Shown piece after piece: positions 23,946-24,127 of a stretch of 24,127 bases of DNA. The stretch lies in IMG/VR virus record IMGVR_UViG_3300025502_000149, positions 1 to 24,127 of that record. One strand, 5' to 3'. Each line of letters opens with the position of its first letter. The stretch's first letter is position 1. The translations under genes and the position numbers were made by a program. Source of the DNA: a virus. Lineage: Duplodnaviria > Caudoviricetes. The notes beneath the pieces are model-generated. The model saw only the letters and a list, made by a program, of their open reading frames with translations, searched no databases and was not told the origin of the DNA.

Positions 23946-24127
23946 ATGACTGACAATGAAATAAACAAAGCAATTACCGACAACGAAGCTCAACTAGGAC
24001 AAGCCTTTGAAGATGGTATGAAGGTTGGCAAGCAAGAGATGTGGAAGAGGGTGGTGGGGGAGATAGAGCAATTTGATTTTTTCCCTACATACTTTGATAG
24101 AAATAGATTAAAGAAAAACCTCCTCTC
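23946..24127 (+). CDS. Hypothetical protein, truncated by the window end
   Basis: MTDNEINKAITDNEAQLGQAFEDGMKVGKQEM..., open to the edge. Confidence 0.55.
   Translation, partial: MTDNEINKAITDNEAQLGQAFEDGMKVGKQEMWKRVVGEIEQFDFFPTYFDRNRLKKNLL

Larger units (their letters stand above)
1..24127. mobile_element. Tailed dsDNA phage (Caudoviricetes) genome segment, podovirus-like gene order
   Basis: TerS-TerL-portal-scaffold-capsid-adaptor-tail genes on the minus strand and replication/recombination genes on the plus strand. No host housekeeping genes. No tail tube or tape measure gene between adaptor and fibre genes. Confidence 0.95.

Noticed and set aside
1-24127. Stop-codon reassignment
   Set aside because: Recognisable genes are uninterrupted and tightly packed under the standard code, and TAA, TAG and TGA all serve as stops.

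Overview
This window is a continuous stretch of an AT-rich tailed dsDNA phage genome, probably podovirus-like, with two divergent arms meeting near 18.25 kb. Read right to left, the minus-strand late arm encodes small and large terminase, portal, scaffold and major capsid protein. It continues with a separately promoted 7-enzyme nucleotide-sugar/glycosyltransferase cassette and a Mu Com-like zinc finger, then a head-tail adaptor, a LamG protein, a probable tail nozzle protein and a glycine-rich fibre. The plus-strand early arm encodes a replication initiator, a Rad52/Sak-like annealase, a YqaJ exonuclease, an SSB-like protein, NinB/NinG-like proteins and small hypotheticals. The most interesting signals are non-coding. 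(1) Similar small hairpins sit 11-12 nt before non-AUG starts of the portal (CTG) and adaptor (TTG) genes, suggesting a Com-like translational regulon for neck proteins. (2) Four DnaA boxes lie a fixed 30-31 bp upstream of -10 elements. (3) Two back-to-back structured RNAs with G-U-supported stems flank the divergence point. (4) There is a dif-like 28-mer and an 11-bp tandem array around the small terminase gene. (5) A GC-rich 24-bp tandem repeat appears to interrupt a small gene. No integrase, lysis gene, tRNA, rRNA or CRISPR array is visible. All functional calls come from motif recognition by eye; no searches were run.
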